DNA of 64,000 bases from a virus (IMGVR_UViG_641736216_000007); one strand, 5' to 3'. Shown: positions 49,146-59,930, counted from the first letter of the stretch. Notes: generated from the letters alone by a model not told the origin. A program made the numbers and translations.

Positions 49146-50888
49146 ATGCATAAAAAATTAATATCCGCAATTTCGATAGGGCTAATTTTAGTTCAATTTA
49201 TCCCAACTACTTCATTTGCGGTAAATAAGGCTGATTATAAAAATAATCTAATAAGAAAAGAAAGCATAAATAATAATTTAATAAATCCAAATAAAAAAGA
49301 CATTATACCTGTATTATTTAATTCAGATACAATGCGAGAAATTGATAGAATTTTAGAATCCTTAGATAAATTAAGTTCAGATTTTAGTAAAAGTTTATTA
49401 ATAGATATATTTAAAATGGCAGTAAACTTACATACAAAATTAGATGATACTGACATCCAAAAGCATAAGGACTATGATCAGTTTGATTACATTTTCTTTC
49501 AAATCATTTATTTAGCTTTTGTTAATACTAATGGAAGTGAAAGGAATGAAATTTTTATAGACTTCATGGATGAAATGTATCTATCTTCTGCAAAAAGACT
49601 AAATAGTAATGATAAATATTCTTTTTTTCTTGATAAATATGGATTATACATCGGATATCAGTTGTCAGATTATTTTAAAGATGAAAGAACTAACAAAATA
49701 TTAAAAGGTGGAGCTTCTATGTTTATAGACTTACAAAGTTTTACTCCAACAGAAGAGTCAGGTAAAATTCCAGAAGATGAACTCCCATCAAATATTGACC
49801 CTACAAAACCAGATGGAGACAATAATTCTAATAAAGATGAACCTCCTATTTATATCCCAGATGAAATACCCGATAATGAGTTTAATAATGGAGGGAACAA
49901 TAATAGTGATGGAACATCTGATAATTACAACCCAAACTTAGATAACGGTCTAACTCCGGGAAATTCTTCTGATTTAACTTCTGATGAATATGTAAAAGAA
50001 AATAATAGTTGTACTAAAATAACTACAACATATGACTTAAATGGAAATATTGTAAACAAAAAGAAAACTAAAGCTCAAAATGGATTTTGCAACATATTTA
50101 ATTCTAATGTAGTAACAGGAGAAGTATGGAATAGAAATCATAATGGAGATTTGGCTTTAAATGTTTGGCAAAGTTTAAATGAAAATGAGTTAAATAAAGA
50201 AAGTAATCTTACCTTAAAGTTTACATTAAATAAAAATGCTGAAGATATTTATTATTATGATTCTGGCATAAATGTAAATTTAAATAAAACTGTAACTTAT
50301 AATCAAGTTAGAGATGTATTAAATCAAATTGCATTAAAAATAAAAAATGGTTACTTGATTGAAGATAGGAATAAATTATTATTTATTGCTGAAGGTAAAC
50401 CTTTGGTTATAGAAGATAAAAAAAACTCTTATTCAGATACTGAAATAAAAAGACTATTAAATACCTTCAATAACCTTTCTTTAAAAATAGAAGAAAAAAG
50501 TAAAACCAATGAACCAAAATTTAAAGACGAAAAACAAAATTCTACCTTAGATAAAATTTTTATAAATAATAAAGAAGTTAAATTAAAACATCCAGCTATG
50601 TTAAAAAATGGCATAATACAGTTCCCTATAGAAGAAATCGCAGAAGAATTAAAAATTAAACTTAAAATTAATAAAAATTTAGCTATCTTGAGCGATGATA
50701 ATAATGTAATTGAATATTATATTGGAACTAAAAAAATAAAAATAAATGGTGCTGAAAAATTAACTACAACTTCTTCTAAGTTAGAAAATAATATTGTTTA
50801 TGCTGAAATGAATGCTACACTTAGAGAATTTGGATTTAGTATAAATTTTAATGTATCTACTGATAAGATTTCTATACTTAAGAAATAA
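49146..50888 (+). CDS. Secreted protein with a C-terminal copper-amine-oxidase-N-terminal-like (stalk) domain (580 aa)
   Basis: Signal peptide. Asn/Asp/Pro-rich linker. The C-terminal ~100 aa (KHPAMLKNGIIQFPIEEIAEELKIK...NGAEKL) resembles the Cu_amine_oxidN1 fold common in clostridial surface proteins. Confidence 0.5.
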   Translation: MHKKLISAISIGLILVQFIPTTSFAVNKADYKNNLIRKESINNNLINPNKKDIIPVLFNSDTMREIDRILESLDKLSSDFSKSLLIDIFKMAVNLHTKLDDTDIQKHKDYDQFDYIFFQIIYLAFVNTNGSERNEIFIDFMDEMYLSSAKRLNSNDKYSFFLDKYGLYIGYQLSDYFKDERTNKILKGGASMFIDLQSFTPTEESGKIPEDELPSNIDPTKPDGDNNSNKDEPPIYIPDEIPDNEFNNGGNNNSDGTSDNYNPNLDNGLTPGNSSDLTSDEYVKENNSCTKITTTYDLNGNIVNKKKTKAQNGFCNIFNSNVVTGEVWNRNHNGDLALNVWQSLNENELNKESNLTLKFTLNKNAEDIYYYDSGINVNLNKTVTYNQVRDVLNQIALKIKNGYLIEDRNKLLFIAEGKPLVIEDKKNSYSDTEIKRLLNTFNNLSLKIEEKSKTNEPKFKDEKQNSTLDKIFINNKEVKLKHPAMLKNGIIQFPIEEIAEELKIKLKINKNLAILSDDNNVIEYYIGTKKIKINGAEKLTTTSSKLENNIVYAEMNATLREFGFSINFNVSTDKISILKK

Positions 50889-51217
50889 TAAAATAGATAA
50901 TTCGATTATTATAAAAAATTTAGTATTTATTCTTCAATAAAAATATCTAATATAAGTATTAGATATTTTTATTTTATATTATATTTCCATATTATACCAT
51001 TTTAAGTTATTTTTTTTATATTTAATCTATTATTTATAGGCTATTAAACTGTATAATCTAATAATTATATACTTATTCTAAATTTTTCTAAATATTTTTA
51101 ATAATACCTCATTATTTTTTATATAAAATAAAAAATAATCATAAATTATGATATAATTATATAAATAAGTATAAAAAGCATGTTTATCAAAAAGTATTGA
51201 GGAGAGTGATTTTTTAG

Positions 51218-51532
51218 ATGTTAAATTATTCGATAGTAGCAGAAATTAGTAATAACAACAGAGTTGTAGTCTTAAAATCTGAAATGCTTCAGCCAGAATT
51301 TAATATTTTACTAAATTATATCAATTTCTCTTTTTCTACAGAGAAAGAAGATTGTGTGGAAAGTGATTTCAATTCTTTTAATGATATCTATAATGATTTT
51401 ATTAAAAGTGATTATACAGAACACTGTAACTGTATAAAAAGTGAAGAGGGTATACATCATATTAAAAACTTATTTGATAATATAAAACTAAACATGCTTA
51501 AAGAGGACACTATCTATTTTTTATGGGAATAA
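51218..51532 (+). CDS. Hypothetical small protein (104 aa), paralog of 106..411
   Basis: See 106..411. Terminator hairpin at 51558-51597. Confidence 0.4.
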   Translation: MLNYSIVAEISNNNRVVVLKSEMLQPEFNILLNYINFSFSTEKEDCVESDFNSFNDIYNDFIKSDYTEHCNCIKSEEGIHHIKNLFDNIKLNMLKEDTIYFLWE

Positions 51533-51622
51533 TTAATTAAATATTTTATTTTACATAAAAAAATCTCTTACCTTAAACGCTAAGTAAGAGATTTTTTATT
51601 AGGGTTATTCAAAAATACTTAT

Positions 51623-52081
51623 TTATTCAAAACTTCTGAAATTCAAATTATTATTTGCATCCATATACATTTTAGAGCAATGGTAATGAATTCTATCAAA
51701 CATTTTTTTTTGTATTTTTAATCGTTTTAAAAATACTTTAAATAAGTTAATCTCTATTTTTAAATCTTCAATTTCTTCTTTCTTTGTAATATGTTCCATT
51801 TCTAAAAAAAAGCTTTTACTTATTTTTTCTGAGTAAATATTATCTGTTAATCCTATAAGATCTCCAAAATAATGGCTCCATAAGTTCGAATCAATTATTA
51901 AATGGTATAGATTTTCTAAATCATATTCATTGCAACTAAGATATTCTTCTAATGTTGTTTTATATCCTTCAAAAGATAATGATATATTTCTATCCTTAAA
52001 TAATTTCCCTACTTTTTTAGAGATTTCTATGAACTCTAATTGTCTTCTTAATATTTTCTTTGATTTTTTCATTATAATCAC
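51623..52081 (-). CDS. Hypothetical protein (152 aa), tandem paralog of 52085..52588
   Basis: Shared pattern ...F(E/K)GYK(T/N)T(L/V)(E/K)EY...(N/K)LW...YF...C-terminal HYHC/CHHHC. Confidence 0.45.
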   Translation of the reverse strand: MIIMKKSKKILRRQLEFIEISKKVGKLFKDRNISLSFEGYKTTLEEYLSCNEYDLENLYHLIIDSNLWSHYFGDLIGLTDNIYSEKISKSFFLEMEHITKKEEIEDLKIEINLFKVFLKRLKIQKKMFDRIHYHCSKMYMDANNNLNFRSFE

Positions 52082-52084
52082 CCA

Positions 52085-52588
52085 TTAACTAAAATTTGAA
52101 TTTGGCAACTTTAAGCAATTACAAGTACTCTTACAATGGTGGTGGCATTTATAAGAAAAATCTATTTTACTCTCTATTACTTTTAAAAAAGCTTTCAATG
52201 AATTTTTATTTTTTCTTGTTTCTACAACTGAAGCTTCTCTATTAGCAAATCTATCTCCTCTATTTACAGATTTCACGTCTGCTGTTTCAGATGCAATAGC
52301 AAACACCTCTTTCTCAGTTACCTCAGCATCTAAATATAGTTTTTCAATTACTGCTTGCATATTTGTAAAATACTCCCCCCACATATTAAAATCTCTACTT
52401 AATTCCCATAGTTTATTATAATCCTTGGAGTCAACTTCTCCATATTCTTTTACTGTATTTTTATAACCTTTAAAATTCAATTCTATGTTTAGAGATTGGA
52501 GATATGGATTTATTTCCTTAACTAATTTTTGAAAATAATCCTCTTCACCCCTAATAGGAAGTTCTGGTGGTCTTGCCAATTTAAACAT
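52085..52588 (-). CDS. Hypothetical protein (167 aa) with a C-terminal Cys/His cluster (KCHHHCKSTCNC)
   Basis: Paralog of 51623..52081. Only 3 nt separate the two genes. Confidence 0.45.
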   Translation of the reverse strand: MFKLARPPELPIRGEEDYFQKLVKEINPYLQSLNIELNFKGYKNTVKEYGEVDSKDYNKLWELSRDFNMWGEYFTNMQAVIEKLYLDAEVTEKEVFAIASETADVKSVNRGDRFANREASVVETRKNKNSLKAFLKVIESKIDFSYKCHHHCKSTCNCLKLPNSNFS

Positions 52589-52919
52589 CTCCTTTTTTAG
52601 TAAAAACTTATTTTATTTTTCATTATATTATATAAATTATTATTTAATTCTATGAAATAACAATTTATATAATATAAAAAAATGAAAATAAAAAATATTT
52701 TTCTAATATTTATAATAATAGTAAATTATTTTTTATTATTCATAAATATTTTATTTTTATTATAATTTATTTATGTTTTTAAATAATAAAAAATATTATT
52801 TCATATTTTTCCATATTTTTGTTAATACATTAGTAAGTATATAAGTTATACTAAATATTTAAAGCTTGTATAATATTAACAAATAAAAATATAAAGAAAG
52901 GTAGGAATATAATTAAAAA

Positions 52920-53429
52920 ATGAATTTAAATACACTAAAAAACAATAAAGGATTTACTTCTTTAGAGGTAGCTATATTTTCAATTATTTTACTTATTTGT
53001 ATTGCTGGAATTATGGATTTTCAAAATATGCAAAAAAAATTTAATTCAATATCTTCAACATCAACTTATATTACAAGGGTTGTTGGGCATCAAGGAGGTA
53101 TTAGGACCTCAGCCCCTTCTAATTATTTAGATAGTTATGTTACAAGTCAAAAACTATATCAAGATGTCAAGTATATTCTTGGAAAAGCTGGAATAGCTGA
53201 AGAAAAATGGAAAGTTTATATTAATGGATATGAATTATCCCCTGATTTATATATGCCTATTGTTGAAAGGGGAACAAATATTACTACTCAATTAAAATTT
53301 TCTTATGATTGGAACTTTTTATCGCAAATAATCCCTGTAAAAAAAGAACAAACAAAGGCATCTGTAAGAAATACTATATCTACATTTAAATTAAGAGAAT
53401 CGACTGATATAGACACAGAAATAAAATAA
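52920..53429 (+). CDS. Prepilin/TadE-like protein (169 aa)
   Basis: N-terminus NKGFTSLEVAIFSIILLICIAG resembles the class-III signal/TadE-like G-F-T-x-x-E hydrophobic segment. Confidence 0.4.
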   Translation: MNLNTLKNNKGFTSLEVAIFSIILLICIAGIMDFQNMQKKFNSISSTSTYITRVVGHQGGIRTSAPSNYLDSYVTSQKLYQDVKYILGKAGIAEEKWKVYINGYELSPDLYMPIVERGTNITTQLKFSYDWNFLSQIIPVKKEQTKASVRNTISTFKLRESTDIDTEIK

Positions 53430-53569
53430 TGGTATAATGTAAAGTGCTTTTAATACTATATAAGGACTCAACTTAAAGAGGTCTTGAGATTTCAAAAACT
53501 GAAAGTAGTTTTTAGCCTTAAAAATTTAAAAACTCTTGCTAATTTTAAACTTTAAGTTCTTGCTAAAAA

Positions 53570-53613
53570 CTAACTAAACAAAAGTAGAGTATTAATACTC
53601 TACTTTTGTTTAG
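53570..53613. terminator. Bidirectional rho-independent terminator
   Basis: CTAAACAAAAGTAGAGTATTAATACTCTACTTTTGTTTAG perfect hairpin. Confidence 0.55.
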
Positions 53614-54294
53614 TTAAGATTCTTTTATCTTTTCTATGACTTCTATAACATTTTCATTTTCTGTACTAAAAGTATAATTGTTACTAATATTATCTATATT
53701 TAACTGTATATTATCTATATCTTTATTCTTATTTATATCTCTAAACATTATGGAATAAGTCTTGGATTGACTAACTATTTTTTCTAAACTATTTATTTCT
53801 GGTATGCTAACATTAATTTCTGCATTATTATCTTTATACTTAATATTTGTTTCCTTAAATTTAGAAAGTTCTCTTGATTTTTCGATCGAAGGAACACTAA
53901 CAAAAGTTCCTACCTTTATAACACTTTCCTTTTTATCTATAATTACTTTGTTAGTTAAACCATCTACAAAAAACTCTTTCTTTAAATTTTTTGTATCAGC
54001 TTCTTTTGACACAAAAAATACTTTCAATTTATTTTGTTTCCAATGTTTACTTTTATTGAAAAGTTCATTAGAAAAATCTTTAATATCATTTATTTGCAGG
54101 TTCCCTCTTACTGTAAATTCTATATAATTGTTCTTTGTCTCTAAATCTTCAATCTTATAATCTTGGTTAATTAAACCTTGTAAATTATCAGAAGATATTT
54201 CTAATTCTTTACTAACTTTTCCACCTAAGACAAAACCCAAAATTATAGCTAATAAAGCAATTGCAATTATAATTTTATTTTTAAAGAATTTCAT
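53614..54294 (-). CDS. Membrane-anchored hypothetical protein (226 aa)
   Basis: N-terminal TM helix. Lies 20 nt downstream of the PBP gene on the same strand. Confidence 0.45.
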   Translation of the reverse strand: MKFFKNKIIIAIALLAIILGFVLGGKVSKELEISSDNLQGLINQDYKIEDLETKNNYIEFTVRGNLQINDIKDFSNELFNKSKHWKQNKLKVFFVSKEADTKNLKKEFFVDGLTNKVIIDKKESVIKVGTFVSVPSIEKSRELSKFKETNIKYKDNNAEINVSIPEINSLEKIVSQSKTYSIMFRDINKNKDIDNIQLNIDNISNNYTFSTENENVIEVIEKIKES

Positions 54295-54314
54295 TAAATA
54301 GCTCCTTTCAGTTA

Positions 54315-56918
54315 TTAAACTTTATTTTCATTATTATTAGTTTCAGTATCATCATTTTTATTATTGTTATTTTCTTGGCTGTCCTCAGTGTTGTTACTTT
54401 CATTATCTGATTCATTGTTTAATTCATTATTTAAATCTTCATTTTTAATTGATGTATCTTTTTCTACATTCTCTTGGACATTATTTTTAATCTGATTCTT
54501 AATTTTTTCTTGATATTCTCTCTCTTTTTTCTCTTTTAAATATTCTTCTTCTCTTTTTTCCCTATTTAATTGTTCCTTAATTTCATTAAAATTATCATTT
54601 AAAAATCTATATTCTTCTATAAGCTCATCATATATAGATTTTCTTTTTACATTATTTATACTATTTTTTACTTTTAAAAGAATTTTATCTATTTCTTTTA
54701 CTTGTTTTAAATCAATTAATTTATATTCTCTTAAACTTTCTATATCATTTTTAGCTTTTATTTCTCTAATAGTCTCTTCTTCTTCACTTAAACCAAATAT
54801 AATTCTGTATTCTAATTCTTTTAATCTCTCTTTTTGAACTTCAGCTTCATTATTCTTTCTATTTTTTTCAAGATCTAATCTCTCTTTTTTAATTGCGAAT
54901 TCTTGAGGTCCTAATGTCTTTAACTTACCATTTTTACTATAAACCTGATCTGGCTTTTTAAAATCTACATCTTCTTTACCTTCATGAAGTCCACTCATAA
55001 ATTTATTCCATATATATTTAACTGAATTTGACTCTAATGAAGATTGGTATGAAGGAATGTCATCTCCTATCCATACAGACATGGTATAATAAGGAGTATA
55101 TCCACAAAACCAAGCATCTTTATTATCATTTGTTGTTCCTGTTTTACCAGCTTGGTATTTATAATTATTAAGCTTAGCTTTATGTGAAGTTCCATGTTCT
55201 TTTTCAATACTACCTTTCAAAACGTCTGTCATTAAATAAGATGCGCCTGAATCATATACCCTTTTTTTATTTTTATTATTTTTGTAGATAATTTCTCCAG
55301 TTGAAATTTTTTTAATTTCTTTTACATTTGTAGGTTCTATAAATTCTCCATTCCTTGCAATTGTTGAATATGCACTTGCCATTTCAGTTGTCGTCGCTCC
55401 TCTTGTTAACCCTCCTAAAGCTATAGTAGGCGTTCTGTCTGTTGAAGTTAGATATTTAAAATTCATTTTAGCTAAATATTTGAGAGATTTCTCAACTCCA
55501 TTTAGTTTAGTTAACCTAAATGGTATAGTATTTGTAGAAATCTCAGTAGCATATCTCAAGGTTATACGTCCTTTATATCCATTATACCAGTTAGAAGGAC
55601 CTTTATTAATTGGTCTATCTTCAAACTCGTCATCTGGAGAATATCCTTTTTCAAATGCAGGTAAATACGAAATCAAAGGCTTCATAGTTGATCCAGGTTG
55701 TCTTGCTCCTATAGAAGCTCTATTAAATGTGTTTGATTTGCCTTCTTGAGTCCTACCTCCAACTATTGCTATTACTTCTCCAGTGTTGTTATCAATAACA
55801 GTAGAAGCAGATTGTTTCATATACAAACTATTAGATTTATTTATTTTTTTATATTTAATCATTTCCTTATTTATAATAGACTGAAGCTTATTCTGTAAAT
55901 CGAAATTAATACAAGTATTAATTTTATATCCACCATTAAGTAGTTCTTCTCTGCATTTTTTATATTCTGAAGAGTATAGATTTGAGTATTTTTTTCTTTG
56001 CTCTTCATTGTCAAACATATATCTGAATTGAAAACCATTATTTTTCATAATTTCTTCAGTAGATTTTTGTATTGCATACTCAACAGCATAATCATTAATA
56101 TTATTATCATAATATTTTTTTTTGACATTTAACTCAAGTATTTCTTTTTTTGCATTTAATTGTTCTTTTTCTGTTATAAATTTAGATTCATACATTTTAT
56201 CAATTATATTATTTCTTCGTTTTATAGCATTTTCTTTATTTAACATTGGATCATATAAAGAAGGATTATTTGGAATCCCAGCTAATAAAGCTATTTGAGA
56301 TACATTTAAATCTTTTGTATTTTTTCCAAAATAATACATTGATGCTGTTTCTACCGAATAACACCCATGGCCAAAATTAATATTATTAACATAAAATTCT
56401 AATATATCACTTTTTGAAAATTTTTTTTCTATTTCTTGAGCTATTACTGCTTCCTCAAGTTTCCTCCATATATTTCTATCCATAGATAAGAATATGTTTT
56501 TTGCTAATTGCTGGGTTATTGTAGAACCTCCTTGAAGGCTACCACCTTTTAATATAACCACTCCTGCCCTAATTAAAGCCTTAAAATCAATGCCGTTATG
56601 TTCATAAAACCGTTTATCCTCTACTGCAATGAAAGCTTTAAAAACATATGGGTTTATATCTTTATATTTCTGATAATCATATTCTCTAACCTTAAACTCT
56701 TTCAGTAATTTACCATTATTATCATATATCTTTGTTGTTTCCCTGTTATTAAAAGAATTCCTATCCATACTTTCAGTTTTACTATAAGCTCTTTCTATAT
56801 AGTTACTAATGTCATTTTTTAAATAAAGGTATATGAAAATGGAAGCTATAAGAGATATAATTAAAAAAATAAAAATAGATATAATAATAATTTTTATTTT
56901 TTTATTTTTTTTACTCAA
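54315..56918 (-). CDS. Class A penicillin-binding protein (bifunctional transglycosylase/transpeptidase, PBP1A-like) with a long low-complexity C-terminal tail
   Basis: GT51 motifs (EDKRFYEHNGIDF; GGSTITQQLAKN). Transpeptidase motifs STMK (SxxK), SNT and KTGTT. N-terminal TM anchor. Confidence 0.9.
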   Translation of the reverse strand: MSKKNKKIKIIIISIFIFLIISLIASIFIYLYLKNDISNYIERAYSKTESMDRNSFNNRETTKIYDNNGKLLKEFKVREYDYQKYKDINPYVFKAFIAVEDKRFYEHNGIDFKALIRAGVVILKGGSLQGGSTITQQLAKNIFLSMDRNIWRKLEEAVIAQEIEKKFSKSDILEFYVNNINFGHGCYSVETASMYYFGKNTKDLNVSQIALLAGIPNNPSLYDPMLNKENAIKRRNNIIDKMYESKFITEKEQLNAKKEILELNVKKKYYDNNINDYAVEYAIQKSTEEIMKNNGFQFRYMFDNEEQRKKYSNLYSSEYKKCREELLNGGYKINTCINFDLQNKLQSIINKEMIKYKKINKSNSLYMKQSASTVIDNNTGEVIAIVGGRTQEGKSNTFNRASIGARQPGSTMKPLISYLPAFEKGYSPDDEFEDRPINKGPSNWYNGYKGRITLRYATEISTNTIPFRLTKLNGVEKSLKYLAKMNFKYLTSTDRTPTIALGGLTRGATTTEMASAYSTIARNGEFIEPTNVKEIKKISTGEIIYKNNKNKKRVYDSGASYLMTDVLKGSIEKEHGTSHKAKLNNYKYQAGKTGTTNDNKDAWFCGYTPYYTMSVWIGDDIPSYQSSLESNSVKYIWNKFMSGLHEGKEDVDFKKPDQVYSKNGKLKTLGPQEFAIKKERLDLEKNRKNNEAEVQKERLKELEYRIIFGLSEEEETIREIKAKNDIESLREYKLIDLKQVKEIDKILLKVKNSINNVKRKSIYDELIEEYRFLNDNFNEIKEQLNREKREEEYLKEKKEREYQEKIKNQIKNNVQENVEKDTSIKNEDLNNELNNESDNESNNTEDSQENNNNKNDDTETNNNENKV

Positions 56919-57335
56919 TATTCTCTACTCCTTTTTAAATAATATATTTTATATAATCAATATATTTTTATAATTAATATAACATATTTTAACAAAAATC
57001 TAAACATAAAAAAATATATAAAAAATACCTACAAAAGTAGGTATTCCTTTTTTAAGGATATCGCCTGGTTCCCCAGGCAATACGGTCCCCTATATAAACT
57101 TAGGGGATTACATATTTATTTACTAACTTCAATTTCATAGGTCTTATTAAAAATTCCATTTAGAAATACCTCCAGTTAATATTTTACACTTAGTAAAGCC
57201 CTTTATTAAGGCAGAAAATTAAATTTTTTAATTTCTTACAATATATTATGCATATTCATAAATCTCTATAATTTTATTACTTATATTTTTCTAAAAAAGA
57301 TACTGATAATAATTTAGTTATTATCAGTATCTTTT

Positions 57336-59930
57336 TTAGAAATTAATCAGATTGTTAATTATAGAGTTTACTACTATTTTATCTATTTTAGCGTGGCAAA
57401 TAGGGCATGTTTCAACTTCTAACAAAAGTTTTTTATATATTTCTATTTTATTTATTAGATATTCCTTTTTTTGCTCAATATTATGTTTCATTTCTTTTCC
57501 TTGATTGAATATTATATTTAATTCTTCTTTTTGTTTTTCAATTATTTTTATCTTCTCTTTTTGTTCTTTTAAATTACTTAACTTAAGCTCAATATCCTCA
57601 ATGTCATTTAATTTGTATCTAATTGAATTAAATTTATCTATTCTATTTTTTATATTTTTAAACTCTTCCTCTAATATATATATATCCTTTAACTTTTTAG
57701 ATTTTTCTTTTATTGTCTCATTTATACTTTTTAAATCTTCAATTTTATTAATTTGTTTTTCTATATCCAATAAAACATTATATTGTTTTTTTAAATATTT
57801 ATACTTTTTGTATATATTTGTTTTTTCACTTTCAATCTTTTTGTATTCATATAATTTTTTTTCTTCTAATCCTATTTTCTCATAAGAGTCTTTTAGGTTG
57901 GACATTAATAAAGGTGCTTTATCGATTTCTTTTAATTCCTCTACTTTTCCTCTTAATTCTGTTCCTAATTTTAACACTTTAGTAAGTTCAGCAGATTTTT
58001 CTTCAAGAATTTTTATTTTAAAGAACTTATTAGTTAACAGTTCAAACATATCTGTAATTTTTTCTTTATTTTCAGTTAGCTTTAACACTTTCTTTTCTAA
58101 TTCACTTATACTTCTTTCTTTTTCTATTAACTCAAGAGAAAATTTAGATAACTTCTCTATTAACTCTTTTTTTAATTTAATCTCATTTAAAATACTCTCT
58201 ACCTTATAAATATTTTCTTCTAATTTAAAAACATAATTATAGCTTTCTTTTCTTTCTTCTAATTCACTTACTTCTTTTTCAATCACATTTTTTTTCATAT
58301 TTATTTTTTTTATATTTGAAGTCATTTCTTTTACTACTACATCTCCATATTGCGTTCCATATAAACTCCCTACCAATTTTGCTTTATCTGTAGAAGACAT
58401 ATTTTTACCAACGAAGAACCAAGGATCACCTTGATTAATAAAATTTACATCAACACTACTTTTCTCAGATAATTTGACTTTGTTAAATCCTAAAATCTCT
58501 TGAACTGTTGTTATTGCTTTTGTATTAAAATATTCTATACAACCTTTGTTTGGATCAAATATTTCATATCCATTTTTCCCTTTTCTTTTATTCCCATTTT
58601 TATCTTCATTGTTTTCTACTATCCTACTAATTACAAACCCATTACTTAAATATAATGTTATTTTAAAAAAGTCCTCTCCACTTAAAATATGATTTCTTGG
58701 ATTTTTAATATAACAATCATACACTTCTCTTATTGCTCTAAGTACCGCTGATTTACCTTGACCACTTACTCCAGATACAACGTTTAACCCTTCCGAAAAT
58801 TCAAACACAGCATGTTTAAAACAAGCAAAATTAATAATTTCTAATTCAGTTATGGTGTATTTCCCTTTCGAAGAAAAAGGGACTTTCATAAGCTTTATAT
58901 TTTCTACAATATTATTAACAGCTTGATCTCTTATGCTATCATCTATATTTTTATTTTTTGCAATGTTTTTTACTATATCAACTATATCTATCCCTTTGGC
59001 TAACTCTGCTTTATTCATTAAGCTTTTTACATCTTCTATTTTTTCTAATTTTTTTTCTTTTTTAGCTATTTTCTCTCTTGATAAAACTTCACTTCCCTTT
59101 TTAGCACAGGATAAAAAAATTGGTTTTAAATTTATTCCATTTTTATCTACTTCTATTAAAATAACTTTTGGCATACGATTAATCTCTTTAAGCTCCGCTG
59201 ATAATCGAAATGGAGAACCTGGATTAATAAATTTCTTCCCATTAATATCAATTTCATCGTAGCCAGTATGATCATGTCCATTTATTGTCAAATCTGCTTT
59301 AGTGTGAGCTATTTGAGAAACAACCGTATGTTTAAATTTCTTACCATAACTTTTAGGCATTAAGTATCCATGTACAAGATGGATGTGAAAATCTCCCAAC
59401 TTTTTATTAACGATATAAGCAGATTTATCTTCTCCATCTATGTTATGAGTATAAGGAGCTCCGGTTATTGCTAAAGAAAAACCTTCTTTATCCTTAAAAA
59501 TAACTGGATTTTCTTTAGTTGCAATTGTTATAGCTCCACAACTAATTAAAACATTTAAAGATGTCTCTTCTAAAGAAGAGATTTCATTCCCTATTAATTC
59601 ATGGTTTCCTATTGTTCCAATAACAGGAATAGAACTTTTTAGATCTTGTTCTATTTCTCTAAAAGTTGTCTCCCCTGTTTTCATTTGCAGTATTTTATTA
59701 TTTAATTGAGAGAACTTAAAGTCTTTAGCTAAAGAGGCAAGTTCCTGTTCTGATAATCTATCTGAATTAAGGAAATCTCCCATTTCCAGAAAAGCATCTA
59801 TTTTATATTTATTTGCTATTTCCATTATTTCTTTCGTCTTTTTCTGTCTTGTATCTTTAAAATCATCGATTCTACTCCATGGAGTTTTACTTGAATAATG
59901 CCAATCTCCCAAAACTAAAAATCTTAACAT
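57336..59930 (-). CDS. Fusion of an Mre11/SbcD-type metallophosphoesterase nuclease with a Rad50/SbcC-like N-terminal ATPase lobe, coiled coil and C-terminal CxxC hook. No Rad50 C-terminal half.
   Basis: All five phosphoesterase motifs (GDWH, GDFLN, GNHE, HLVHGY, GHDH). P-loop GVSGQGKSA. Q-loop-like INQGD. About 330 aa of coiled coil. Ends CPICHAKIDK. Confidence 0.6.
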   Translation of the reverse strand: MLRFLVLGDWHYSSKTPWSRIDDFKDTRQKKTKEIMEIANKYKIDAFLEMGDFLNSDRLSEQELASLAKDFKFSQLNNKILQMKTGETTFREIEQDLKSSIPVIGTIGNHELIGNEISSLEETSLNVLISCGAITIATKENPVIFKDKEGFSLAITGAPYTHNIDGEDKSAYIVNKKLGDFHIHLVHGYLMPKSYGKKFKHTVVSQIAHTKADLTINGHDHTGYDEIDINGKKFINPGSPFRLSAELKEINRMPKVILIEVDKNGINLKPIFLSCAKKGSEVLSREKIAKKEKKLEKIEDVKSLMNKAELAKGIDIVDIVKNIAKNKNIDDSIRDQAVNNIVENIKLMKVPFSSKGKYTITELEIINFACFKHAVFEFSEGLNVVSGVSGQGKSAVLRAIREVYDCYIKNPRNHILSGEDFFKITLYLSNGFVISRIVENNEDKNGNKRKGKNGYEIFDPNKGCIEYFNTKAITTVQEILGFNKVKLSEKSSVDVNFINQGDPWFFVGKNMSSTDKAKLVGSLYGTQYGDVVVKEMTSNIKKINMKKNVIEKEVSELEERKESYNYVFKLEENIYKVESILNEIKLKKELIEKLSKFSLELIEKERSISELEKKVLKLTENKEKITDMFELLTNKFFKIKILEEKSAELTKVLKLGTELRGKVEELKEIDKAPLLMSNLKDSYEKIGLEEKKLYEYKKIESEKTNIYKKYKYLKKQYNVLLDIEKQINKIEDLKSINETIKEKSKKLKDIYILEEEFKNIKNRIDKFNSIRYKLNDIEDIELKLSNLKEQKEKIKIIEKQKEELNIIFNQGKEMKHNIEQKKEYLINKIEIYKKLLLEVETCPICHAKIDKIVVNSIINNLINF

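Noticed and set aside
57336-59930. Complete SbcCD (Mre11-Rad50) complex
   Set aside because: Only the N-terminal Rad50 lobe and coiled coil are encoded. No signature/Walker B/D-loop half is present in this ORF or its neighbours, so it was called a fusion/truncated variant rather than canonical SbcC plus SbcD.
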